From the NCBI GenBank assembly GCA_028826165.1, contig JAPDFW010000134.1, forward strand, positions 1 through 64,000: a stretch of DNA of 64,000 nt. The letters are read 5' to 3'. The DNA is from Anaeramoeba ignava BMAN. Its lineage: Eukaryota > Protista > Anaeramoebae. Of this stretch, positions 1 through 12,970 are shown piece after piece. Made by a program: the position numbers and the translations under genes. Within the stretch, counting starts at the first letter, position 1. Every line of letters starts with the position of its first letter. A model generated the notes under the pieces. It was not told the DNA's origin. It saw only the letters and a program-made list of their open reading frames with translations, and made no database searches.

Positions 1-1792
1 TACTATTACTATTATTTCTATTATTGCTATTATTATCGTTTTTATGGTTTTCTTCTTGACTTTCGTTAGAATTATCTGAATTTTCTGGAGAACTTGATTT
101 TAAACCAGTTTTTCTACTTTCGGTTTGTATCTTTTTGACTTTTCTCATATAAAGAGTGTACATAATTTTTCAAGATTTGGTTGATCACTAGTTAAAGATC
201 TGAGTATTTGTTCTTTATCAGTTACAAGAGTTGTTAGATTTCCAACAATGGATTGATTAATTTTGTTTTCAGGAATTGGTTTAATAAATCTTTGTCTTAA
301 AATTGCATGAGGAGGATTATAATTTGTTGGGAAATTAGATCTAAACCATTCATTTTGTTTGATTTGTTCAATTGTGAATCGTTTATTAACATCTTTTTCA
401 AGTATTCCTTTTATTAATTCTTTTTTTGCTGGTGCTAAATTTTCTGGAATTGTATATTTTGCTTCTAAAACTTTCATTAAAACATCTTTTATTGATTCTC
501 CTTCAAATGGTAATCTTCCTACAAGAAAAACATATAAAATAACACCACAACTCCAAATATCCGATTTAACTCCATCATATTCATTTCCCTTTCAAATATT
601 AAATAATAAATATTAAATCAATATTAAATATTAAATCAATATTAAATATTAAATATTAAATATTAAATATTAAAAATTAAAATAAATATTAAATATTAAA
701 ATAAATATTAAATATTAAATTAAATATTAAATATTAAATTAAATATTAAATATTAAATTAAATATTAAATATTAAATTAAATATTAAATATTAAATCAAA
801 TATTAAATTAAATATTAAAATAAATATTAAATCAAATATTAAATATTAAATTAAATATTAAATATTAAATATTAGATATTAAATATTAAATATTAAAAAT
901 TAAATTAAATATTAAATATTAAATTAAATATTAAATATTAAAATTAAATCAATATTAAATATTAAAATAAATATTAAATCAAATATTAAATATTAAATTA
1001 AATATTAAATATTAAATTAAATATTAAATATTAAATATTAAATATTAAAATAAATATTAAATCAAATATTAAATATTAAATCAAATATTAAATATTAAAT
1101 TAAATATTAAATATTAAATATTAAATATTAAATATTAAATAATAAATTAAATATTAAATCAAATATTAAATATTAAATTAAATATTAAATATTAAATTAA
1201 TATTAAATCAATATTAAATATTAAATAATAAATATTAAATATTAAATATTAAATTAAATATTACTTCAATAACTTCAGGAGCAGCATAATGAGGTGAACC
1301 ACAAGAAGTTTCAAGTAATTGTCTCTCATTAATTAATCCAGCCATTCCAAAATCAGCAATTTTAATATTACCAAAAGAATCAAGAAGGATATTTTCAGGT
1401 TTTAAATCTCTATGACAAACAAGATGATTATGACAATATTCCAAAGCATAAATCAATTGTTGAAAGAAAATCAAAGATTGTTTTGTTGAGATAAATTCTT
1501 GGTTCACAAGAAAATCAAATAATTCACCACCAGGCATATATTCCATAACCATAAATAAATATTCATCTGACTCAAAAACATCAAATACTTTTAATACACT
1601 TGGATGATTTAATAATTTCAAAACTGCAATTTCTTTTTGTGCATTTATTCTTGCTTTTTCTGTTGCGAAAACTAACTTTTTTGGCATTATTTTAACTGCT
1701 ACTTGTTTTTCTGTTTCTGTATTAATTGCTAATTTTACTTTTCCTGTACTTCCTGTTCCTAAAGTTTGAAGTAATTTATAAGGTCCAATCAT
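1..1792 (-). CDS. BRSK/SAD/Gin4-like AMPK-related Ser/Thr kinase, copy 1 (3' end runs off window)
   Basis: Exon 1 1792-1265 has GTGSTGKVK, VAVK, HRDLKPEN, DFG and LETSCGSPHYAAPE. GT-AG intron 1264-589 joins APEVIE to GNEYDGVKSDIWSCGVILY. An apparent 1-nt deletion in a T-run near 166 (5 T vs 6 T in paralogs) breaks the frame. Confidence 0.9.
589..1264 (-). repeat. 676-nt intron filled with AATATTA/AAATT satellite
   Basis: Sense strand begins GTAATA and ends TTGAAAG; the interior is almost pure attaaat-type 5-7 nt units. Confidence 0.9.
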
Positions 1793-2262
1793 TGTTTTTA
1801 TTGTTTTTTTATTATTATTTTGTTTTTAATTTAGGGGTAAAATGTAAAAAGAAAAATTCAAAAAGAAAAATGATTTCAATCAAAAATTCTTTTTATTTAT
1901 CATTTTCTTTTTAAATAAAAGTTTTAATTAAAAACACACATAATTCTAATTTAAAAACAAAAACAATTAAAAACAAACAAACAAAAATTTTTCTTTTATT
2001 TATTTAAAAAGATCTTATTTTAAAAATAAAAGCAAAATTTAATTATTTATCTATTTTTAATTTTAAATTTCTTTTATATTTTAAAAATAAAAAAAAGAGT
2101 TTGGGGGTATTTATCCATTTTGTTATTTTTCTTTTTTAATTTTTTAATTTAAACAAAAAAGAAAAAGAAAAAGAAAAAGAAAAAGAAAAAGAAAAAGAGG
2201 ATTAAAATGAAAAAAGTTGATCAAAAAAAAAGCAAAAGCAAATTGAAAATTAAAAATTTAAG

Positions 2263-5200
2263 TTAAAAATTTGAAACTTTAATCAATGAATTGCAAAATT
2301 CAATAAATTCTTGAGCAGTTCCTCGTTTTGAAATTAAATAAACTTTAATTGGTTCGGTATTTAAAATTGGACATTTTTGGATTTTAATTCTAAATTTTGT
2401 TTTATTTAAATTTGCTTTAATTGTGAATATATTTGGATAAGCCCAATTAAAATTCAATTTTGTTAATCCTTCTTGGAAATTTCTCATAATTTCCATAATT
2501 GGTTGATTTATTGAAAAAGAAACGTAATAATTCTTTGCTAATTGTTCTGTTGGATTTTCAAGTATAACTTCTCCTCCTTGTTCAAATTTATTATCAAGAT
2601 GAAGTTTTTGATATTTTTTTCCTTCTTGAACTTCCATTTTTTTGGATTTTCTTTTGAAAACTTTGCCAAACCAACTTTTTTTGGTTGTTTTTGATTCTTT
2701 TTCTATATCAAAAGAAAGATCAAATTGTTCATTCTTCTTTTTTTTTTTGATAGACATTTTAACTATTTTTTAAAATTTAATTTTTTTAATAAATTAAATT
2801 GGATTAAATTTTTTATATTTAAAATTAATTACTTTTTTTCTCTTCTTGTTTTTTCTGTTTTTCTTGTAATTTCTTTTGTTTTTCTTCTTGTTTTTTTTGT
2901 TTTTCGAATTCCACTTTTTTTTGTTTTTCTTCTTTCTTTTTTTGTTTTTCTAATTCCACTTTTTTTTGTTTTTCTTCTTTTTGTTTTTGTTTTTCAGAAT
3001 TATCAGAAGAAGTTGATTTTGTAAAGCCAGTTGATTTTTCACTTAGTTTATCTGAATTTTCTTTTTGAGATTTTTCTAATTCTTTCTGAGATTTTTGTAA
3101 TCCAACTTTTTGCTTTTTTTCTTGTTTTTTTTGTTTTTCCAATTCTTCTTTCTTTTGTTTTTCTTGTTGTTTCTTTTGTTTTTCCAATTCTTTTTGAGAT
3201 TTATCCAATTCCACTTTTTTTTGTTTTTCTTCTTTCTTTTTTTGCTTTTCTAATTCTTCTTTTTTTTGTTTTTCTTCTTTTTGTTTTTGTTTTTCTTGTT
3301 TTTCTTCTTTTTTTTGTTCTTCTTTTTTTTGTTTTCAATTCCACTTTTTTTTGTTTTTCTTCTTTTTGTTTTTGTTGTTCTTCTAATTTCTTTTGCTTTT
3401 CTTGTTGTTTCTTTTGTTTTTCCAATTTTTTTTGAGATTTTTCCAATTCCACTTTTTTTTGCTTTTCTTCTTTTTGCTTTTGTTTTTCAGAATCATCAAA
3501 AGAAGTTGATTTTGAGAAATCACTTGATTTTTCACTTAGTTTATCTGAATTTTCTTTTTGAGAATCAACTTTTTGAGAATCAACTTTTTGAAAATCAACT
3601 TGTTGCTTTTCGGTTTTTTGAGATTTTTTGAGTTTTCTCATATAAAGAGTGTACATAATTTTTTCAAGATTTGGTTGTTCACTAATTAAAGATCTGAGAA
3701 TGTGTTGTTGATCAAAGCCAAGTGTTGATAGATTTCCAACAACAAATTCATTAATTTCGTTTTCAGGAACTGATTGAATGAGTTTTTTTCTTAAAATAGC
3801 TTGAGGAGGTTTATAATTTGTTGGGAAATTAGATCTAAACCATTCATTTTGTTTGATTTGTTCAATTGTAAATCGTTTATTAACATCCTTTTCAAGCATT
3901 CCTTTTATTAATTCTTTTTTTTCTGGTGATAAATTTTCTGGAATTGTATATTTTGCATCTACAACTTTCAATAAAACATCTTTTATTGATTCTCCATCAA
4001 ATGGTAATTTTCCTGTAAGTAAACCATATAAAATAACTCCACAACTCCAAATATCTGATTTAGTTCCATCATATTCAATTCCCTTTCAAATATTTAAATA
4101 TTAAATCAAATTAAATTAAATTAAATTAAATCAAATCAAATTAAATTAAATCAAATCAAATCAATATCAAATCAAATCAATATTAAATCAAATTAAATTA
4201 AATCAAATCATATTAAATCAAATTAAATCAAATTAAATCAAATTAAATCAAATTAAATTAAATCAAATTAAATCAAATTAAATCAAATTAAATCAAATTA
4301 AATCAAATCAAATCAAATTAAAATTAAATTAAATCAATATTAAATTAAATCAATATTAAATTAAATATTAAAATAAATATTAAATCAAATTAAATCAATA
4401 TTAAATCAATATTAAATCAATATTAAATATTAAATTAAATTAAATCAATATTAAATCAAAATTAAATCAAATTAAATCAAATTAAATTAAATCAAATCAA
4501 ATTAAATCAAATTAAATTAAATTAAATCAAATCAAATCAAATTAAATCAAATCAAATCAAATTAAATTAAATCAAATCAAATCAAATCAAATTAAATTAA
4601 ATTAAATTAAATCAAATTAAATCAAATCAAATCAAATTCAAATTAAATCAAATTAAATCAAATCAAATCAAATTAAATCAAATCAAATTAAATCAAATTA
4701 AATCAAATTAAATTAAATCAAATTAAATCAAATTAAAATTAAATTAAATCAAATTAAATCAAATCAAATCAAATTAAAATTAAATTAAATCAATATTAAA
4801 TTAAATCAATATTAAATTAAATATTAAAATAAATATTAAATCAAATTAAATCAAATTAAATCAATATTAAATCAAATTAAATCAAATTAAATCAAATTAA
4901 ATTAAATCAAATTAAATCAAATTAAATTAAATCAAATTAAATCAAATCAAATTAAATCAAATCAAATCAAATTAAATCAAATTAAATTAAATCAAATTAA
5001 ATTAAATCAAATCAAATTAAATTAAATCAAATCAAATCAATATCAAATCAAATCAATATTAAATCAAATTAAATTAAATCAAATCATATTAAATCAAATT
5101 AAATCAAATTAAATTAAATCAAATCAAATTAAATTAAATTAAATTAAATCAAATCAAATTAAATTAAATTAAATTAAATTAAATCAAATCAATATCAAAT

Positions 5201-6756
5201 CAAATCAAATTCAAATTAAATCAAATCAAATCAAATTAAATTAAATCAAATCAAATTAAATTCAAATTAAATCAAATCAAATCAAATTAAATTAAATCAA
5301 ATCAAATCAATATCAAATCAAATTAAATTAAATTAAATTAAATTAAATCAAATTAAATTCAAATTAAATCAAATTAAATTAAATCAAATCAAATCAATAT
5401 CAATTCAAATTAAATCAAATCAAATTAAATCAAATTAAATTAAATCAAATTAAATTAAATCAAATTAAATCAAATTAAATCAAATTAAATCAAATTAAAT
5501 ATTAAATTAAATCAAATCAATATCAAATCAAATTAAATTAAATTAAATCAAATTAAATCAAATTAAATTAAATCAAATTAAATTAAATCAAATTAAATTA
5601 AATCAAATCAATATTAAATCAAATTAAAATTAAATCAAATCAAATCAAATCAATATTACATTAAATTAAATTAAATCAAATCAAATCAAATTAAATCAAT
5701 ATCAAATTATATTAAATCAAATTAAATCAAATTATATTAAATATTAAATTAAATCAAATATTAAATTAAATCAAATCAATATCAAATTAAATCAAATTAA
5801 ATAAAATTAAATCAATATCAAATCAAATTATATTAAATCAAATTAAATCAAATTAAATCAAATTAAATCAAATCAAATCAAATCAAATTAAATTAAATCA
5901 AATCAAATTAAATTAAATCAAATCAATATCAAATCAAATTAAATTAAATTAAATCAAATATTAAATTAAATCAAATCAATATCAAATCAAATCAAATTAA
6001 ATTAAATTAAATCAAATTAAATCAAATTAAATTAAATCAAATTAAATTAAATCAAATTAAATCAAATATTAAATTAAATATTAAATTAAATCAAATCAAA
6101 TCAATATTACATTAAATTAAATTAAATCAAATCAAATTAAATCAATATTAAATAATAAATATTAAATTAAATCAATATTAAATCAATATTAAAATAAATA
6201 TTAAATCAAATATTAAATTAAATATTACTTCAATAACTTCAGGAGCAGCATAATGAGGTGAACCACAAGATGTTTCAAGTAAATGTCTTTCATTAATTAA
6301 TCCAGCCATTCCAAAATCAGCAATTTTAATATTACCAAAAGAATCAAGAAGAAGATTTTCAGGTTTTAAATCTCTATGACAAACAAGATGATTATGACAA
6401 TATTCTAAAGCATAAATCAATTGTTGAAAAATAATCAAAGATTGAGCTGATGAAATAAATTCTTGATTGCCGAGATAATCAAATAATTCGCCACCAGGCA
6501 TATATTCCATAACAATAAATAAATAATCATCTGACTCAAAAACATCAAATACTTTTAATACACTTGGATGATTTAATAACTTCAAAACTGCAATTTCTTT
6601 TTGTGCATTTATTCTTGCTTTTTCTGTTTCAAAAATTAATTGTTTTGGCATTATTTTGATTGCTACTTGTTTTTCTGTTTCTGTATTAATTGCTAATTTT
6701 ACTTTTCCTGTTGTTCCAGTTCCTAAAGTTTTAAGTAATTTATAAGGTCCAATCAT
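2263..6756 (-). CDS. BRSK/Gin4-like kinase, copy 2 (kinase, UBA-like segment, K/Q/E-rich linker, KA1-like C-terminus)
   Basis: Exons 6756-6229, 4082-2833 and 2762-2263; introns 6228-4083 and 2832-2763 are GT-AG and restore the frame. One apparent frameshift near 3330 in the low-complexity linker. The KA1 call is inference from family architecture. Confidence 0.88.
4083..6228 (-). repeat. 2146-nt intron filled with AAATC/AAATT pentamer satellite
   Basis: Plus strand is a continuous mix of aaatc/aaatt units between canonical splice sites. Confidence 0.9.
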
Positions 6757-6866
6757 TGTTTTTTTATTGTTTTTATTATTTAAAAAAAAATCCAAAAATT
6801 AAAAAAAAAATGAAAAAACAAAAATGAAAAAAAAAGCAAAAGCAAATTGAAAATTAAAAATTTAAA

Positions 6867-9800
6867 TTAAAAATTTGAAACTTTAATTAATGAATTGCAA
6901 AATTCAATAAATTCTTGAGCAGTTCCTCGTTTTGAAATTAAATAAACTTTAATTGGTTCAGTATTTCCTGATATAGAACATTGTTCAATTTTAATTCTAA
7001 ATTTTGTTTTATTTAAATTTGCTTTAATTGTGAATATATTTGGATAAGCCCAATTAAAATTAAGTTTTGTTAATCCTTCTTGAAAATTTCTCATAATTTC
7101 CATAATTGGTTGATTTATTGAAAAAGAAACGTAATAATTCTTTGCTAATTGTTCTGTTGGATTTTCAAGTATAACTTCTCCTCCTTGTTCAAATTTATTA
7201 TCAAGATGAAGTTTTTGATATTTTTTTCCTTCTTGAACTTCCATTTTTTTGGATTTTCTTTTGAAAACTTTGCCAAACCAATTTTTTTTGGTTGTTTTTG
7301 ATTCTTTTTCTATATCAAAAGAAAGATCAAATTGTTCATTCTTCTTTTTTTTTTTGATAGACATTTTAACTATTTTTAGAATTTAATTTTTTTAATAAAT
7401 TAAATTGGATTAAATTTTTTATATTTAAAATTAATTACTTTTTTTCTCTTCTTGTTTTTTCTGTTTTTCTTGTAATTTCTTTTGTTTTTCTTCTTGTTTT
7501 TTTTGTTTTTCGAATTCCACTTTTTTTTGCTTTTCTTCTTTCTTTTGTTTTTCAAATTCCACTTTTTTTTGTTTTTCTTCTTTTTGTTTTTGTTTTTCTT
7601 CTTCTTTTTTTTGTTTTTGTAATTCCATTTTTTTCTGTTTTTCTTCTTTTTTCTTTTGTTTTTTTGGATTATCTAAAGAAGTTGATCTTGTAAAATCACT
7701 TTGATTTTCACTTTGAGTTTCACTTTGTTTTTCACTTGGACTTTCATTTTGACTTTGACTTTCTTTTTGACTTTCTTTTTGACTTTGATTTTGACTTTGA
7801 CTTTCTTCTTCTTTGTGTAATTGTTGTGAAATATCAAAAGAACTTGATCTTTTGATACCAGTTGTTTTTCCACTTTGATTTTCTTGATCTTTTTTCTTTT
7901 GATATTGTTCTTCTTTTTTCTTCAATTTTTGTAATTTTTTTTGAGATTTATCTGATTCAATTTGTTTTTGTTTTTCTAGTTTTTGTTTCAATTTTTCCAA
8001 TTTTTTTTGAGATTTTTCTAATTCCACTTTTTTTTGCTTTTCTTGTTTTTGTTTTTGTTTTTCTTCTTTCTTTTTTTGTTTTTCTTCGTTTTTTTGAGAT
8101 TTTTCTGAATTATCTAAAGAAGTTGATCTTGTAAAATCGCCTGTTTTTTCACTTAGTTTTTCTGAGTTTTCTTCTTCTTTTTGGAATTTTTCTGAGGTAT
8201 CTAAAGAAGTTGATTTTGTAAAATCGCCTGTTTTTTCACTTAATTTTTCTGAGTTTTCTTGAGAAAATGTTTTTTGAGAATCAAGTTGTTTTTTCTTTTG
8301 CTTTTCTTCTTTTTTCTTTTGCTTTTCCAATTCTTTTTGAGATTTTTGTAATTCCACTTTTTTTTGCTTTTCTTCTTTTTTCTTTTGCTTTTCCAATTCT
8401 TTTTGAGATTTTTGTAATTCGGTTTGTTTTTGTTTTTCTTGTTTTTGTTTTTGTTGTTCTTCTAATTTCTTTTGTTGTTCTTCTTTTTTTTGAGATTTTT
8501 GTAATTCAGTTTGTTTTTGTTTTTCTTGTTTTTGTTTTTGTTGTTCTTCTAATTTCTTTTGTTGTTCTTCTTTCTTTTGAGATTTTTGTAATTCAGTTTG
8601 TTTTTGTTTTTCTTGTTTTTGTTTTTGTTGTTCTTCTAATTTCTTTTGTTGTTCTTCTTTTTTTTGAGATTTTTGTAATTCGGTTTGTTTTTGCTTTTCT
8701 TGTTTCTGTTTTTGTTGTTCTTCTAATTTCTTTTGTTGTTCTTCTTTTTTTTGAGATTTTTGTAATTCGGTTTGTTTTTGTTTTTCTTGTTTTTGTTTTT
8801 GTTGTTCTTCTAATTTCTTTTGTTGTTCTTCTAATTTCTTTTGTTGTTCTTCTTTCTTTTGAGATTTTTGTAATTCAGTTTGTTTTTGTTTTTCTAGTTT
8901 TTGTTTTTGTTGTTCTTCTAATTTCTTTTGTTGTTCTTCCTTCTTTTGAGATTTTTGTAATTCAGTTTGTTTTTGTTTTTCTTCCTTCTGTTTTTGTTTT
9001 TCTAGTTTTTTCTTTTGTTTTTCAGAATCATCAAAAGAAGTTGATCTTGAGAAATCACTTGATTTATCACTTAGTTTATCTGAATATTCTTGAGAAAATG
9101 TTTTTGGAGAATCAACTTGTTTCTTTTCAATTTTTTGAGTTTTTTTAAGTTTTTTCAAATAAAGAGTGTACATAATTTTTTCAAGATTTGGTTCATTTGA
9201 TCTCAAACATTTTGTAATATGTTTTTCATCATTTCCAAGAGTTGTTAAATTTTCAACAATTTGTTGATTAATTTTGTTTTTTGGAATTGGTTTAATAAAT
9301 CTTTGTCTTAAAATTGCTTGAGGAGGTTTGTAATTTGCTGGGAAATTAGATCTAAACCATTCATTTTGTTTGATTTGTTCAATTGTGAATCGTTTATTAA
9401 CATCTTTTTCAAGCATTCCTTTTATTAATTCTTTTTCTGCTAGTGATAAATTTTCTGGAATTGTATAATTTGCATCTACAACTTTCAATAAAACATCTTT
9501 TATTGATTCTCCTTCAAATGGTAATCTTCCTGCAAGTAAAACATATAAAATAACTCCACAACTCCAAATATCTGATTTAACTCCATCATATTCAATTCCC
9601 TTTCAAATAATCAATAATCAATAATCAATAATTAATAATTAATAATAAATAATAAATAATTAATAATCAATAATTAATAATTAATAATCAATAATCAATA
9701 ATCAATAATCAATAATTAATAATCAATAATCAATAATCAATAATTAATAATCAATAATAAATAATAAATAATAAATAATTAATAATTAATAATCAATAAT

Positions 9801-12004
9801 TAATAATCAATAATCAATAATTAATAATTAATAATAAATAATTAATAATCAATAATTAATAATTAATAATTAATAATTAATAATTAATAATTAATAATTA
9901 ATAATTAATAATTAATAATCAATAATAATAATCAATAATCAATAATCAATAATTAATAATTAATAATTAATTAATTGTATTAATAATTAATAATCAACAA
10001 TCATGTCAATCAATCAATCAATAATCAGCCAATAAATTAATAAATAATCAATAATAATAATAAATAAATAATTGTAATAATAATTAATAATTTAATTAAT
10101 AATTAATAATTACCAATAATAATCAATAATCAATAATCAATCAATAATTAATAATTAATAATCAATAATCAATAATCAATAATAATCAATAATTAATAAT
10201 TAATAATTAATAAATAATTAATAATTAATTAATAATTGTAATTAATAATAATAATCAATAATAAATAATAAATAATCAATCATCAATAAATAATAAATAG
10301 CCAAATAACAAATAATCAATAATCAATAATCAGCCAATCAATAATCAATAATTTAATTGTAATAAATAATAATAATTAATATTATTAATAATTAATAATT
10401 AATAAATAATAATAAATAATCAATAATCAATAAATAACAACTGTGTCAATAATTAATAATCAATAATAAATAAATAATCAATAATCAATAATAAATAATA
10501 AATAATCAATAATCAATAATGTAATAACCAATAATCACTACCAATTAATTGTAATCACCGTCAATAATTAATAATTAATAATTCAATAATTAATAATTAA
10601 TAATTAATAATCAATAATAATCAATCAATCAATAATTAATAATTAATAATTAATAATTAATAATAATCAATAATCAATAATTAATAATTAATAATCAATA
10701 ATCAATAATCAATAATTAATAATCAATAATAATTAATAATTAATAATTAATAATCAATAATTAATAATTAATAATTAATAATAAATAATTAATAATTAAT
10801 AACAATCAATAATCAATAATTAACAATTAATAATAATAATAAATAATCAATAATCAATAATCAGCCAATCAATAATCAATAATTAATAATTAATAATTAA
10901 TAATTAAATAATCAATAATTAATAATTAATAATAATTAATAATTAATAATTAAAATAATAATAATTAATAATTAATAATAATAAATAATCAATCAATAAT
11001 TAATAATCAATAATCAATAATTAATAATAAATAATAAATAATTAATAATAAATAATAAATAATTAATAATTAATAATTAATAATAAATAATCAATAATCA
11101 ATAATCAATAATCAATAATAAATAATTAATAATTAATAATTAATAATTAATAATCAATAATCAATAATTAATAATTAATAATTAATAATAAATAATTAAT
11201 AATTAATAATTAATAATTAATAATTAATAATAAATAATCAATAATAAATAATTAATAATAAATAATCAATAATAAATAATAAATAATCAATAATTAATAA
11301 TAAATAATAAATAATTAATAATTAATAATTAATAATTAATAATAAATAATCAATAATTAATAATCAATAATCAATAATTAATAATTAATAATCAATAATC
11401 AATAATTAATAATCAATAATTAATAATAAATAATTAATAATCAATAATTAATAATTAATAATAAATTAAATATTACTTCAATAACTTCAGGAGCAGCATA
11501 ATGAGGTGAACCACAAGATGTTTCAAGTAATTGTCTTTCATTAATTAATCCAGCCATTCCAAAATCAGCAATTTTAATATTACCAAAAGAATCAAGAAGA
11601 AGATTTTCAGGTTTTAAATCTCTATGACAAACAAGATGATTATGACAATATTCTAAAGCATAAATCAATTGTTGAAAAATAATCAAAGATTGAGCTGATG
11701 AGATAAATTCTTGATTCACAAGAAAATCAAATAATTCACCACCAGGCATATATTCCATAACAATAAATAAATAATCATCTGACTCAAAAACATCAAATAC
11801 TTTTAATACACTTGGATGATTTAATAACTTCAAAACTGCAATTTCTTTTTGTGCATTTATTCTTGCTTTTTCTGTTTCAAAAATTAATTGTTTTGACATT
11901 ATTTTGATTGCTACTTGTTTTTCAGTTTCTGTATTAATTGCTAATTTTACTTTTCCTGTTGCTCCAGTTCCTAAAGTTTTAAGTAATTTATAAGGTCCAA
12001 TCAT
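6867..12004 (-). CDS. BRSK/Gin4-like kinase, copy 3, with greatly expanded K/Q/E linker
   Basis: Exons 12004-11477, 9599-7439 and 7369-6867; GT-AG introns at the same positions as copy 2; frame intact. Confidence 0.9.
8330..9000 (-). repeat. Coding minisatellite (unit of about 29 aa, QKSQKKEEQQKKLEEQQKQKQEKQKQTEL) in kinase copy 3
   Basis: Near-exact repeats visible in the 7431..9488 ORF translation. Confidence 0.85.
9600..11476 (-). repeat. 1877-nt intron filled with AATAATT/AATAATC heptamer satellite
   Basis: Plus strand aataatt/aataatc/aataata units between GTAATA donor and TTGAAAG acceptor. Confidence 0.9.
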
Positions 12005-12330
12005 TGTTTTTTTATTGTTTTTATTATTTAAAAAAAAAATTGGAAAAAAAAATTTTTTTAAAAGAAAATCGAATAGCAAAAAAATAGAAAAAAATAAAAA
12101 AAGAAAAGATAAAGAGGGATAAAAAAATGATTTAAAATTAAAATTAAAATTAAAATTAAAATTAAAATTAAAAAGAAAACGAAAAGAATTTTAAATATAA
12201 ATGACGATCAATTTGATCAAAATTTAAATTTCAAAAGGAGAAAAAAAAAATATTCCACTTTTAAAAAAACAATCAAAAAAAAATAAAATAAATAAATTTT
12301 TTTTGTTCTTCTTTTTTATTTATTAATTTT

Positions 12331-12765
12331 TCATTTTTCTTGATTATCATTAATTTGATTATCATTATTTATTTGATTATCATTATTTATTTGATTATCT
12401 TTATTTTCTTGATTATCTTTATTTTCTTGATTATCTTTATTTTCTTGATTATCTTTTTGTTGATTTGAAATTTTTTGTTGATTTTTTTTCTTTTTTTTAT
12501 TTCTTTTTTGTTTTTCAATTTTTGCTTCTTCTTTTTTTTTTGTAGTTGAACCAAAAATCAAATCAAGTTGATTAACTCTATCCCAAACAATTTGGTCATT
12601 TTTTTTAAAATAACGAATTCTATGAAAAGGAATTGTTTCAATATCAAATTCATCAAAAGGAATTTCTGCAATTTCATCTGAATCTTGAAATCCAATAACA
12701 AAATCAGCAGAATCATAATTTGGGTCAAATTTTATACGATTTACAACTTCTTTAGAAGTTCTCAT
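12331..12765 (-). CDS. Stand-alone MJ1316 (DUF504) RNA cyclic-end recognition domain protein, LENG9 N-terminus-like
   Basis: MRTSKEVVNRIKFDP...FVIGFQD...IPFHRIRYFK...VWDR matches my recollection of the MJ1316 signature (R.WDP...IP.HRI.YF....VWDR); basic/NQ low-complexity tail. Confidence 0.8.
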   Translation of the reverse strand: MRTSKEVVNRIKFDPNYDSADFVIGFQDSDEIAEIPFDEFDIETIPFHRIRYFKKNDQIVWDRVNQLDLIFGSTTKKKEEAKIEKQKRNKKKKKNQQKISNQQKDNQENKDNQENKDNQENKDNQINNDNQINNDNQINDNQEK

Positions 12766-12970
12766 TACTTAAAAATTAAAAATTTTAAAGAAAAAAATGA
12801 AAAAATGAAAAACGTCACAAAAATAAAAAAATAAAAATAAAAAAAAAAAGGAGAAAAAATAAAAATAAAATAAAAAGGAGAAAATTAAAAAAAAAAATGA
12901 AAAAAAAACAATAAAAAAAATCACTTTTTTTTTCCATTTATTCTTCTTTTATTATTTTATTTTTTTACAA

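Noticed and set aside
2725-9148. Plus-strand F/V/L-rich ORFs, plus K/I/M-rich and F/I/L-rich ORFs at 39548-42570
   Set aside because: Antisense or alternative-frame shadows of low-complexity coding regions.
9970-10570. Scattered G/C-containing interruptions (cagcc, tgtca, cacc) in the kinase copy 3 intron satellite
   Set aside because: Irregular and non-recurrent; looks like unpolished base-calling noise, not a hidden exon or ncRNA.
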